Below the pieces are notes generated by a model that ran no database searches, was not told where the DNA came from, and was given only the letters and a program-made list of their open reading frames with translations. DNA of 64,000 bases from Eledone cirrhosa (Eukaryota), in contig OZ024764.1 of the NCBI GenBank assembly GCA_964016885.1, positions 23,498,001 to 23,562,000 of the forward strand, read 5' to 3'. Shown in pieces: positions 1 through 13,557 of this stretch (its first letter is position 1; every line of letters starts with the position of its first letter). The position numbers and the translations under genes are program-made.

Positions 1-660
1 AGGAACTTATCCACTTGTGTTGATATAAGTGATGCTATGACTTTCCTCTAAGCATTGTGTCATTATATATGTTATTATAAACGTGAATAAATTGAATTTA
101 TAGTGTGATAATAGGCCACACCTCACACCCTAGGGGTTAACTACACACTTTGAGGCAAGCCAACACACTGGCAGCATTACAACGGGTGATGGTGAGGCTA
201 AGGTGCTGAAATAACCAGGTACCCTCACGGGTATCACCTGACACCTCAGTAAGGTGAGGCTACGGTGCTGAAATAACCAGGTACCCTCACGGAAATGACT
301 AGATTTGTAGAAAAAGTAGGGTGAAATTATTCAGAGAGATGTAGTTTCACAGATCTACTCACACCTCACGTTGGGTGAGAATAATTATTTTTCTTAGAAT
401 TCTTGCTATACCCCTTTTCCAGTATTTTTTCTCTGGACCTCTTAGATACTTGCGATAGACGTTTTATTTCCCAGTATTAGGATTAGGGTTTCCGTTTTCA
501 GAAAGAAAAGTCGATTGCAAACATCTAAGAGGTCGAGCAATGAAATTAAGGAAAGATAATTATTTCCCAGCCAACTGGAGAAGTGTGTAACTCTTCTAAA
601 CTCCGATAATCCTATCTCCCACTTCTTTATCTACAAATCTAGTAATTTCCTGCTACTTTG

Positions 661-1290
661 TTCCCTGGGGTATGCCTTAGTATTTGACACCATCTATCTG
701 TCTTACTCCCTAACTAGCAAGAAGTCAATCTGTCTCATGTGCTCACCTGATTGGTAGGTTATTAGGTGGTTGGTAGGTTTCTTGAAGTGTTGCAAATGGT
801 TAGTTCACTTGCATCACAAAATACAAGAAGCCTCACTCCTTCTTCATTTCTTGAGCCATAACCATGACCACCATGTACCCCAGTGTATCCATCCTGGAGC
901 TGTCCAACATGACCATTGAATTCCCCTGCTATTATAACTAGGTCTCTGTCATTGTGGTTGTCTCTACTTATTCCTTTTCTACATATGGAGCAGGGCCACT
1001 TTCCTGAAGGTGTCAGGGTCTTCTCTCCTATCCATTACCACTTTAGTTTTGGTTAAGTATATTCTCAGAACTTACCATTTCAAATTCTATATCTATAGTT
1101 GGTCATCTACATAGAGAAGTTTCCATAGACTGCCAGTCTTAAACCTCTCTGTTATGGCTTGGAGAACTATGATGAACAACAGTGGGCTAAGAACTAAACC
1201 ATGATGAACTCCTACCTGTACCTTCAATTCTTCACTAGACACACTTTACTGACAGCTTCTCACAAGCCATTCTTCTACACCTAATTTCCT
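661..1290 (-). mobile_element. RTE endonuclease/RT remnant (also 36401-37040)
   Basis: LVIIAGDFNGHV...GYGSRNEEG motif (ORF 36502-36699); equivalent to 22597-23200. Confidence 0.75.
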
Positions 1291-1363
1291 TAACCCTTTA
1301 GTATATAAACTGGCCATATCTGGTCAGAATTCTCCCACATCTTTCTGTTCAAACTGGCCGTAA

Positions 1364-3279
1364 TTAAATAATAATAATAATAATGAAATTATTGTGTACA
1401 GTGCTCAGGTGCACTACAACTCATCAAAGGTGGATGTATAGTACATAGAAGAATGTACAAATGTCAGGAAAATGAACAGTGTATGAGTCATGATATAATA
1501 ACAATAATGAAATATTGTGTATAGTGCCCAGGTGCACCACAACTCATCAAAAAAGTGCATGTACAGTACATAGGGCAATGCACAAACATCAGTAAAATGA
1601 ACAGTGCACGAGTCATGATACACACGTGTGCATGTGTATGGAAGGGGTACATCAGGTGTAGTTTTGGCGTATTTCGGGAAGCATGAGTGTCTTAAAGGAT
1701 GCAGTGTCTCGGCAGCTAACAACTGACGCAGGCAGTTTGTTCCCTACTTCAGCAACTCTGAGCGTGAAAAAATGTCTACGAAAGTCATGGGAGCTGTGCT
1801 GTTTCTTGATCTTGTAGGCATGTCCACGTGTGTTAGACACATGGAGATCAAAGAGGCGCTCAGAGTTGCAATTGGCGAGATGGTTAAAAACTTTGTGGGC
1901 ATTCACCAAGTCCATTGCCAGACGTCGGAGCTTCAATGAATTCATGCCCAGGGAAGCAAGGCGTTCAGAGTATGGTAGGTGTCTGATGGAGGGTATGTGC
2001 TTGGTTGCACGTCTCTGAACAGTTTCCAGGAGGTCAATGTTCTGAGCAAGATAGGGGTTCCAGACTGATGATGCGAATTCCAAGTGTGGTCGTACCATAG
2101 CTGTATACAGTTTTAAATAGATGGCTGGAGAGCGGCTAACAAAGGTCTTGCTGAGTGATGCCAAGACACCCTCGGCCTTCTTGACAATCTTAGAGACATG
2201 CTTTGTCCAACGCAAATCGTTGCTGACAGTAATGCCCAGGTCACGTTCACAAGAGGAATTTTTGATATCAGTGTTGTGGAGGGAGTATGTGGACGCTGGA
2301 TTTTTCCTTCCAAAATGCATGGTGGTAAACTTGTCCACAGCCAGCTTCAGTTGCCAGTCTGTGATCCATTGCTGCATTGTGTCCAGGTCTGATTGTAGGA
2401 AAGAGTTGTAAATTTCAGGATCAGTCCTTTTGATTTCAAGGTACAGCTTGATGTCATCTGCATATTTCAGTACCGTGGCATTCTGTAAGTTGGCATCTAT
2501 GTCATTAATATATGCCACAAACAAAAGAGGACCAAGAACAGATCCCTGTGGTACACCAGATGACATCTCATATGGTGAAGAATGCTGTCCTAGAACCGTG
2601 ACTACTTCCTTTCGGCTGAGAATGAAGGATTTCAGCCAGTCGAAAAGATCATCCCTCACACCCATTGCAGAGAGTTTTGCCATAAGTCTTTTGAGTGGCA
2701 CAGAATTAAAAGCCTTAGCGAAGTCAAAGTAAACAACATCCACCCATGAGCCGCTGTCAGTGATCTGGGTGATGTCCTCAAGGAACTCGATAAGCTGATC
2801 ACAGCAGCTGGAGTTAGGGATAAATCCAAACTGTGAGGGCCGGATGAGGCTGTGAGAGCTCCAGAAGTTCCAAAGTGTTTCTCTGACACAGGATTCGACA
2901 GTTTGGCCATACAGCTAGTAAGACTGACTGGACGATAGTTGACAGGTGACATGCGGTTGCCCTTTTTGAACAGGGGAATGACACTGGCAGTTTTCCACTG
3001 CTCCGGAGTAGCACCATTGTTGAAACAGTATTGAAAGAAGAAAGAAAGCTGGCGCAAAAGGAAATACCCGCCACGTTTGAGAAGCAGGTATGTCACACCA
3101 TCAAGACCAGGGGAGGCATAGTTGCGCTTATTCTTAAGGTGACGTCGCAACATTGCAGGTGTAAATTCCATAGTTGTTATAGAATTTGATGTTAGAGATG
3201 GTGGAGATGGTACATTCTGGTTTTCAACAGTAAAAATACTTGCATAGCACTCAACAATGAGTTCTGCGCATTCCTTGAT
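1364..3279 (-). mobile_element. 5'-truncated CR1-clade LINE (RT), frameshifted
   Basis: ORFs 2656-3171 and 1652-2743 contain NYRPVSLTS, DFAKAF, GVPQGSVLGPLLF, YADD and VRPHLEFASSVWNPY. (TTA)n tail at ~1364-1385. Empty site ggccgtaactggtcac at ~23261. Confidence 0.92.
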
Positions 3280-3494
3280 TGGTCACTTATACTTATGTTA
3301 AGGTATTGTTCTCAAAATAAATAACATGAAAATCTCATAGATTTGATATTATGAGAGATAAAGCATTTACTGTGAAAATATAATAGTAAATATAGAGTAA
3401 TGTGAATACTAAAGGGTTAATCTAATGCCACTAATAACTACTTTTATCAGTCAGTTTAATCTAATGTCACTAATAACTACTTTTATCTGTCAGT

Positions 3495-3678
3495 CGGTGG
3501 ATTGGCAGTATCGGTAGAGGGTCGGACGCCATGCTTTCAAGCATAGTTACGTCCCTTTACGATCTGAGTTCAAATCCCGCCGAGGTTGACTTTGCCTTTC
3601 ATCCTTACGGGGTCGATAAAATAATGTACCAGTAATGCACTGGGTAATTGCTGGCCTTGTGCCTAAAGTATAAACAAG
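3495..3678 (+). mobile_element. SINE inserted in the 39-bp minisatellite, unit 1 only
   Basis: B-box-like gagttcaaatc and core gcctttcatccttacggggtcgataaa; absent in other units. Confidence 0.8.
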
Positions 3679-4079
3679 TATAATCTAATGTCACTAATAA
3701 CTACTTTTATCAGTCAGTTTAATCTACTGCCACTAATAACTAACCTATGTTAGGCAGCACATTCTTCACCAAGGAAGGCCTTAGTATTTATTACAGTCCA
3801 TTTATCAATATAGAAATATTCTATGAAATTTGTACTGATGTATTACAAGTTTCTGAGTATCTTATAATGTTCTTTTATTATTTCAGAATACCAGAGGACA
3901 TTGGCATTAAAGAGCACGTTACATCAGACATATCCTCAACATTAACCATTTCTAATGAAAGACACTACCCATCATTTTCAAATAATATTGAAAACACTCA
4001 ACACTTTGAAGGGATTTAGTAATATAACTAAATTTCTCAGTATTAAGCTGTGAATTATGTGAAAAACTGACGTGATTGA

Positions 4080-5129
<1,050 letters not shown>

Positions 5130-5771
5130 CTGTATCAATATCAAACTCATTACATCATACTACAACAACAACAACAATTGTGTAGATCCATCATCCTTGC
5201 TAAAACTGGGGTTAACCTTGTAGGTTTTACCTATGACAGGGATCATAAACACCAGGTTTCCATTTTTGAAGCAGTGTCTCAAGATTTTGTGTAAATTGAA
5301 GTTTTTCACATTAAACTTTCATTTATTATACTTTAACAGGTAAGATATATATTTGTATTTTTAGTAAAGGTTGGTAACTTCTGTAATTTAAACGTGCCAA
5401 TAAAATGAAAACTTTTGTTGTTGTTAGTCAGACATTGGTATTAATTCTATTGTCCTGTACATTGTCTCAAATATCACAGATTAAACAGATTTTAACAATA
5501 TCAACAGAAATCAATAACTTGTAAGCCTAATATCTAGCTTCCATTTTAACTATTTGATATTGTTGTTCCCCTCCTGTCTCTTCAGGTCTTTTAGATTTCA
5601 TCTTCTATCTACTGTACTATTCCATCACCAAGGCAACATTCATCTGGCTGGCAGCTTACATCAACTACAGATCTCATCAGTGGTTCACAACAGGCTGTCT
5701 GAAAGAAACTTCCAGATATCTTCTATGTCATAGCTATCAATATCCTCCTCCTTATCATATGTACTACTCTC

Positions 5772-6200
5772 ACAGTCCCTCTAGATCTTATATTTAAGAG
5801 GGAGATCTTTTGCTGTCCCTACCCTTTTATCAAGATAGTCTTGTACCAATCTTACAGTCCCTATAGATCTTATATTTAACAAGGAGATTCTTTACTGTCG
5901 CTACCCTTTTCTCTAGGTTGTCTTGTACCTCTCTCACAGTCCCTCTAGATCTTATATTTAACAAGGAGATCTTTTACTATCTGTACCCTTTTCTCTAGGT
6001 TTTCTTGTACCTCACTCACAGTCCCTCTAGATCTTATATTTAACAGGGAGATCTTTTGCTGTCCCTACCTCTTTCTCTAGGTTGTCTTGTACCACCCTCA
6101 CAATCCCTGTAGATCTTATATTTAACAGGGAGATCTTTTACTATCCCTATCCTTTTCTCTAGATTGTCTTGTATCTGTCAGTCCCTCTAGATCTTACACC
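5772..6200. repeat. ~82-bp minisatellite inside an old RTE fossil (also 11354-11500, 26230-26720, 41480-41980, 54775-54910)
   Basis: agatctta recurs at 5783, 5865, 5947, 6029, 6111 and 6189. Confidence 0.9.
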
Positions 6201-6486
6201 TAGTATCTAGTCTATGTTGAGTGGTACGTCCTTCTCCAGTAAAGGAGTTAATATTCCCAACCATCTGTCTATCCTGTTTTCTGATGAGAATGAAGTCAAT
6301 CTAGTTTATCTCTTCACCTGATTGAAGTAACTAGATCAAGTAACTAGATGGTTTCCTGTAAGTTAGTGTTGCAGTGTTTGTGTCACCATGTAAGGTTTAT
6401 ATCTATTAATATAGAGATGTAGTAAAGTTTTCACTGTTGTATCTCTACTTTCTAAATATCTTAATAATGTTTCTCTACTATTTCAG

Positions 6487-6870
6487 AATATCACATGACC
6501 TTGACAGAAAAGAGTCTTTTAAAGACAACAGAAAGATGTTACATACAAGTGATATAAACTTGTTTAGTCTGTGGTGAATTATGGTGAAATATTTCTTCTG
6601 AATTGAGATAAATAACAACATTTTCCTTTTTCACTGTCTGGAATATTTACAAGATGATTTTACATTCTGATTAACTTTAGATATTTACAAAGGAGTTTTC
6701 AAAATATTTGGATATTGACAAAGATCACATTTGGTAAAATTATGAACAATAGAAATATTTACATCAACATAGGAATATTTTCCAGAAGAGATGGGAAAAT
6801 CATTATACCACTGTAATATTTGTGGTAAAGTATTCTCTATTCTTTATATGTAGAACATCTAACTAAACAC
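6487..6870 (+). pseudogene. Relic ZNF exon (acceptor, leader and one decayed finger)
   Basis: Acceptor ctatttcag|aata resembles the functional one. ATG 6791 reads MGKSLYHCNICGKVFS, then stop; EHLTKH follows in a shifted frame. Confidence 0.75.
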
Positions 6871-6981
6871 TTTAACTAACAAACTATTGTGCTATAGAAT
6901 TGACAAACTTGAAGAATGTTTAATAAATGTTACAGATTTCTCCAAACTGTCGTTTACTAACTTTAATTTGAAACTATATTA

Positions 6982-7377
6982 TCTATATACTACTAAAACT
7001 CTGTGATTGTGTCTTGTCTGTAATTTAATACAGCTAAAACAGTGCATAATGGGGAAATACTTTGAAAAGAATAAAACAAGTTTTGTATAAAATGGAGCAC
7101 AGGTTCCCAAGATACGGGGTTTTCTGGGTACCTTCATAAATATAGGGAGAGAAAGAGATAGTGGTTGTGAAAGTGTGGATTGAAAAGGAGATGGATGGAA
7201 AGGGGAAGAGAGAGAGAGAGAGCTGGTGGTGATGTTTAATAAAATGCTTGTGTATATATGTGTCTATATATATATATATGTCTATATTTTAACTATTTGA
7301 AAACTATTTTTAAGTGAACATGATTTAAAAAAAATAGTTTTAAGGGAACGTGACCCAACAGGTCCCGGGTGGTCTAG
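6982..7377 (+). mobile_element. Non-autonomous Helitron-like element (also 12287-12613, 55681-56077, truncated 29797-30445)
   Basis: A|TC start (tctatatactactaaaa), internal microsatellites, 3' hairpin gtgacc-caaca-ggtc, then CTAG|T; no TSD. Confidence 0.72.
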
Positions 7378-8289
7378 TTTGTTACTAAATACTAGATATT
7401 AGAGGGTCATGTTGTTCTAGATGTGCTGGAAGAGCCATTCCATCTCGTGAGGTTCACACCAGCAGCTAGCCACCTCAGCACCTATGGTGGTATATTTATT
7501 ATATTATTTATTCTTTATCATTAACATTAATATAAAATATAATTATATATTTTTAGAGAAGAACCTTTTTGTTGTGACACCTACAGAACCACTTTACAGT
7601 GTAGACTGGGTACTTTTTGTTGTGACACCTACATGACCACTTTACAGTTTGCACTGGGTGCTTTTTGCTGTGACACCTACAAGACCACTTTAAAGTTTTG
7701 GCTGGGTTCTTTTTGTTGTCACCTACATGACCACTTTACAGTGTGGGCTGGGTACTTTTTGTTGTAACATCTACATGACCACCTTATAATGTTGACTGTG
7801 TGTTCTTTACAGTGTGGGTTGGCTGCTTTTTGTCATATCTCCTATATGACCACCTCAAGATGGTCACATAACATCCATGAGCTTGGCTGGTCTCTCTGGG
7901 AGATCCAGCCAGACCAGTTGGAGTGGGTTGCTTCTGACAGGACCTGTTGAAGGGAGTGTTTGAGGACTCTGCCCCCAAAACCCTTTATGGAATAAGTGGG
8001 TTAATAAGAAGAGGTTGAGGTTACATGATCAACATCAGATTTCCCTGCTAGCAAGGGTTTAATGAGTCTACTTCAACCAAGTAAGTACTGAAGTGAGGCT
8101 ACTGATCTCCCAGACAGACCAAGGATCTGAGACTTATTTACATAAGGTCTCATTTGCTACTGAGTGCACAGAAAAGGTTATGATTGAAGGGTTCTCCGAC
8201 ACTATTGTCGGGCAAGCTTTCTATGGCTAGATGTCCTTCACATGACCAACCACATTACAGCCTGTGTTGGGTGTGTTTATCATGTAGGT

Positions 8290-10137
8290 GAGGCATAACA
8301 AACTGAGGGTTCCCCAAGGTCCACATAGGTCACATGTGTTGTCTGAGGGTTGCACACTACAATTAATTATGTACACGACAACTAATTAAAGTCATTTAAT
8401 AAAATATATTGCAGAAAGATTTGTTACTTAAATTTAGAAACATACAACGTACATACAAATGTTTTAGCAGCATTCATGAATACAAAGTAATGAAGTAGTT
8501 TGACAAAAAACTAAAATTTAACATGTCAACATATACTTGCAGATTGTAACAGCAACAAATACATTGTACACAAATAACAACAGTTCAAAACTGAACATTT
8601 ATTTGCTACTATTCAACCATTTTTAGTGTTTTGTCCTGAGGCTTGACACTTCTTTCTTGTTGACTATGTTTGGTATGTCTGGCTGAAATGTCTGTACAGT
8701 TTCAACTTTAATCAGAGATGACAAGTGTTGATCTGTCAGCTTTGTTCTCTGAGAAGTTTTTGTTAATTTCATGAAGGAAAATAACTGTCCACCCACATAG
8801 GTAGAACCAAACATTGCCATAATCTTTGTGACAAACTTTCTGAAGTTAATACACTTTTCAGGAAGGTATGAAAAGAAACCAGGTATCCCCACTACAAGAT
8901 ACTTTGTTCTGAGTGTAGAATCTGACTGCATTTCCAATAGTTCCATCTGCAGGCATTCTTCTGCCTTCATCAAAGGTGAATGGTGCTGAGAATAATGTAA
9001 ACTGATGTTCAAAAAATGAGAAATCACAAAATCTTTCCTGAAATTTCTTTAACAACAATTCCAGCTGACTGTCATACTTAACTAAGCGAAATACAGACTC
9101 AGTATTGGCAGTGTTTTTCAGCTCTTTGCACATAGGGAAATGAACTAAATTTTCATCTGACGACGGAGATTTCCATAAGCTTAGTTTTCTAATGAAGCAC
9201 TTGATGTCATCATTCAACTGATTAATGGGTTTGTTTTAACCTTGTAATTTCAAGTTAAGATCAGTTAATTGTGCACTAATATCCACAACAAAAGCCAGAT
9301 GTTGGAGCCAACTTTCATCTTTTATTTCATCTGTGTTTTAACCTTTTATCTCCAAAAACACAATTATTTCTTGTCTCAACAAATAGAATCTTTTCAGCAC
9401 TTTGTGACATGTCAACCAGCAGACTTCTGTGTAGAATGGAACATCGGTGAACTGATTATCCATATCTTCTAATAGAAACATGTTCAAACCTTGATGATAC
9501 AGCCTTTAACTGTTGTTTCAGATCACCTGACATTTCATTAATCTGTTGAGCAACAGTATTCCTGGTTAATGAAATGTCTTTGAATAACTGTGCTTTCTCT
9601 GGACAATTTCAGCTGTTTTTACAAAATCTCCTTCACTGTAAGATTTCCCACTCATGGCAATCATTTGACTGAGTTCATAGCTTGCAGTAACAGAAGTGAC
9701 ATCCTCTTCCTGAATTAACATAAAACAGGTCTATTGCTGTGTCAAGTTAGACTTCAATTCCTTGAGTCTTGAAACACACATTGGGGCTTCATATTTATCG
9801 TAAGATCGAGGGTTTGTTTCATAATGTCTTTTTAAATTGTACTCTTTTGGCCTGGCGATGTAGTTGTTGCAAATTAAACAGTATATCTTTCTGTTCAGCG
9901 TTGAGCAAAAATACTGTAATTCCCACTTGCCCTTCTTCGTTCAATTTCCTTTTTCTCTTAGCTGGAGGAGCACTAACCATTTCAAAAACAAAAACTTTTG
10001 AAATTTTGAATGAAAGTTTTCTCTTAATGAGCTGCACGTGATTAATGGCAGTTAAAAGTAGTTGACAAAATTTGCACAAAAAAGCATAATTGTATCGAAA
10101 ATGTTTTAAATTTTATATTACGAAAATGAAACATGCT
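8290..10137 (-). mobile_element. hAT fossil, unit 1 (internal deletion; one end deleted)
   Basis: TSD copy at 8282-8289; same transposase fragments. Confidence 0.85.
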
Positions 10138-10535
10138 CTAGGTCAAGGGGCAGAAGTGCTGCGCCCTGTGGACAAGACTGTAAAAGTGTTCGCCCCCGGG
10201 CGATGGACAGTGACACCCACTGCAACAGCCACCCCAACCTCATGGGGCTCCCTCTTCAGAAGGGCCACCAACGTTCTGATCTTACAGAGGAGCTTGGCAG
10301 TACGGGGTCCAAGTACTTCTGAGGTCTCGATTGTGACCAGTGTGAAGAGACCTACAATTGATGTCATGCCAGTTATGTTGGACTGCAATATACTGGGGTA
10401 TAGAGAGGCCTTAACCTGTCACAGCCGGGCCACCCTGGGTTGTGTCATCTAGGTACTAGACAGGGGTAACTAGACCATGTTGTCAACTGTCAGCACCAAT
10501 AGGAGTGAGGCGAGTGGGTCCCCTTGCGAGACACC
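10138..10535 (-). mobile_element. Internally deleted CRE-like (RLE-type) non-LTR retrotransposon fragment (also 34730-35124, 46168-46561, 60055-60445)
   Basis: Minus strand reads GVSQGDPLASLL, YLDDTTQGGP (YLDD at 10444-10455), then FT.VTIETSEVLGP...REPHEV/WLLQWVSLSIARG. Confidence 0.65.
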
Positions 10536-10780
10536 ATATATAAAACGTATTTGCTAATTACTTTAATGAATAATTTGTTTCATACGTAATTATTACTTTT
10601 AACACAATAGGATTTTGTACACGTGTTTGTTTGAAAACATCTTTCAAAGAAGTATGAGACAGTCTTTTGTAGTGTTTATTATAATATATTACTGTATGTT
10701 GAGCTGTTTTAACTTCTCCACCTTCTATTATTTCATATTGTTTTTGTAAAAAATCAGATCTTTTTCATATATATATATAT

Positions 10781-10995
10781 GAAGGCGTGTGGCTGAGTGG
10801 TTAGAGAATTGGATTCGGAATTGTGAGGTTGTGAGTTCGATTCTCAGACTGGGCGATGCGTTCTGTCCTTGAGCAAGACATTTTATTTCACGTTGCTCCT
10901 TCTACCTGGAGTTGCGACCGATAGATAGTATTAGCAATTGGAAAGACCAATGGAAACATTGTTTCCTCGGTCTGATTTGACGAAAAGTCGATCGT
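10781..10995 (+). mobile_element. tRNA-derived SINE (also 35369-35582, 46807-47020, 60693-60905)
   Basis: A-box tggctgagtgg, B-box gagttcgattc, then gtccttgagcaagaca; inserted after (TA)n. Confidence 0.78.
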
Positions 10996-11790
10996 AAAAA
11001 AAAAATATATATTTATATATAGAGAGAGAAATAGAAAAACACAAACGTACACTACTGTAAAATATATGTAAGGGGAGACAACTCTTGTTACATCCCCCCT
11101 TCTTTTTGATATTCGTGCTTTATATGTTTTGTACAATGAACTCTGCTTTATTTTGTGTCCTAAGTAGATTTCTGTTTAAGTATTTACGAGATTCACAATG
11201 ATTCACGGAACCAAGTTACTTACATAGAGATATATTTTACATAGAATCACAACAAATGAAAATATTAAGTCAACACTCTGTCAATCAGTCTCACATCACA
11301 TGGGGTGCCGGAGTCTCCCTCTAATACTTTCTGAGACAGTCTTACCTCGAGTGAGATCTTTTACTATCTCTACCTCTTTCTCTAGGTTGTCTTGTACCTC
11401 TCACAGTCCTTCTAGATCTTATATTAAACAGGGAGATCTTTTACTCTCCAACCCTTCTTTCTCCAGATAGTCTTGTATCTGTCAGTCCCTCTAGATCTTA
11501 CACCTAGTATCTAGTCTATGTTGAGTGGTACGTCCTTCTCCAGTAAAGGAGTTAATATTCCCAACCATCTGTCTATCCTGTTTTCTGATGAGAATGAAGT
11601 CAATCTAGTTTATCTCTTCACCTGATTGAAGTAACTAGATTAAGTAACTAGATGGTTTCCTGTAAGTTAGCGTTGCAGTGTTTGTGTCACCATGTAAGGT
11701 TTATATCTATTAATATAGAGATGTAGTAAAGTTTTCACTGTTGTATCTCTACTTTCTAAATATCTTAATAATGTTTCTCTACTATTTCAG

Positions 11791-12175
11791 AATATCACAT
11801 GACCTTGACAGAAAAGAGTCTTTTAAAGATAACAGAAAGATGTTACATACAAGTGATATAAACTTGTTTAGTCTGTGGTGAATTATGGTGAAATATTTCT
11901 TCTGAATGGAGATAAATAACAACATATTCCTTTTTCACTGTCTGGAATATTTACAAGATGATTTTACATTCTGATTAAACTTTGGATATTTACAAAGGAG
12001 TTTTCAAAATATTTGGATATTGACAAAGATCACATTTGGTAAAATTATGAACAATAGAAATATTTACATCAACATTGGAATATTTTCCAGAAGAGATGGG
12101 AAAATCATTATACCACTGTAATATTTGTGGTAAAGTATTCTCTCTTCTTTATATGTATAATATCTAACTAAACAC
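11791..12175 (+). pseudogene. Relic ZNF exon copy
   Basis: Near-identical to 6487-6870; ATG at 12096. Confidence 0.7.
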
Positions 12176-13019
12176 TTTAACTAACAAACTATTGTGCTAT
12201 AGAATTGACAAACTTGAGGAATCTTTAATAAATGTTACAGATTTCTCCAAACTGTCATTTAGTAACTTTAATTTGAAGCTATATTATCTATATACTACTA
12301 AAACTCTGTAATTGTGTCTTGTCTAATTTAATACAGCTAAAACAGTGCATAATGGGGAAATACTTTGAAAGGAATAAAACAATTTTTGTATAAATTGGAG
12401 CACAGGTTCCCAAGATACGGGGTTTTCTGGGTACCTTCATAAATATAGGAAGAGAGCGAGAGAGTGGGCGCTGGTGGTGTTGTTTAATAAAATGTGTGTA
12501 TGTGTGTGTGTATATATACGTATGTGTATATTTTAACTATTTAAAAATTATTTTTAAATAACTTAAAAGATAATTTTAAGGCAACGTGACCCAACAGGTT
12601 CCAGGTGGTCTAGTTTGTTACTAAATACTAGATATTAGAGGGTCATGTTGTTCTAGATGTGCTGGAAGAGCTATTCCATCTTGTGAGGTTCACACCAGCA
12701 GCTACCCACCTCAGCACCTATGGTGGTATATTTATTATATTATTTATTCTTTATCATTAACATTAATATAAAAGATAATTATATATTTTTAGAGAAGAAC
12801 CTCTAACTTCATATAGCTTAGGGCTTCAGTAGGTAAAAGTCTGGCCCTGCTTGTCTTGTATTTTTTAGGGGAGAAGTTAGGGAATACGGTTATTGTGTGA
12901 AAGTTTTCTAAATCTTCTTCAGCCACTAACATGGAGAAGATATTTCAGTAAGAAGGTTCACATCCTGACATCTATAGCTGTTAACAATGAGGTTGGAATT
13001 CATTATTAAACATAGTTAT

Positions 13020-13185
13020 ATCATCATCACTGTTTTACATCAGTTTTTCCACGCTGGCATGGGTTAGACGAGTTATCCTGTTGTAAGCAATGCCAGGTCA
13101 GGTGACCACGTGTTGCTCCTACAGAACCAATTTTGGTTTGGTTTCTACAGCTGGATGCCCTTCCTAGCACCAACCTTATTTACAT
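13020..13185 (-). mobile_element. RTE-type 3' end (also 42648-42825, 56486-56650) leading into the 48-bp minisatellite
   Basis: Reverse complement of aggaagggcatccagctgtagaa...cccatgccagc...(gat)n. Confidence 0.75.
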
Positions 13186-13557
13186 TGAGTACTGGGTGCT
13201 TTTTACTATCTCACCAACTCGACCACTTCACAGTGAGTACTGGGTACTTTTTATCGTGACACCTACAGTACCACTTTACAGGGTGGACTGGGTACTTTTT
13301 GCCATGACACCAATGTGACCACTTTACAGGGTGGACTGGGTACTTTTTGTCGTGACACCTACATGACCACTTTACAGTGTGGATTGGGTACTTTTTGTTG
13401 TGACACCTACATGACCACTTTACAATGTGGAATGGGTACTTTTTGTTGTGACACCTACACAACCTCTTTACAGTGTTGGCAGTGAAATCTAATGCACCAG
13501 CTTCAGTAATCAGAATATACATATACACACACACAAACACAAATATATATATATATT

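Noticed and set aside
10781-10860. tRNA gene
   Set aside because: A and B boxes are present but there is no convincing cloverleaf; it continues into a SINE body found in five copies.
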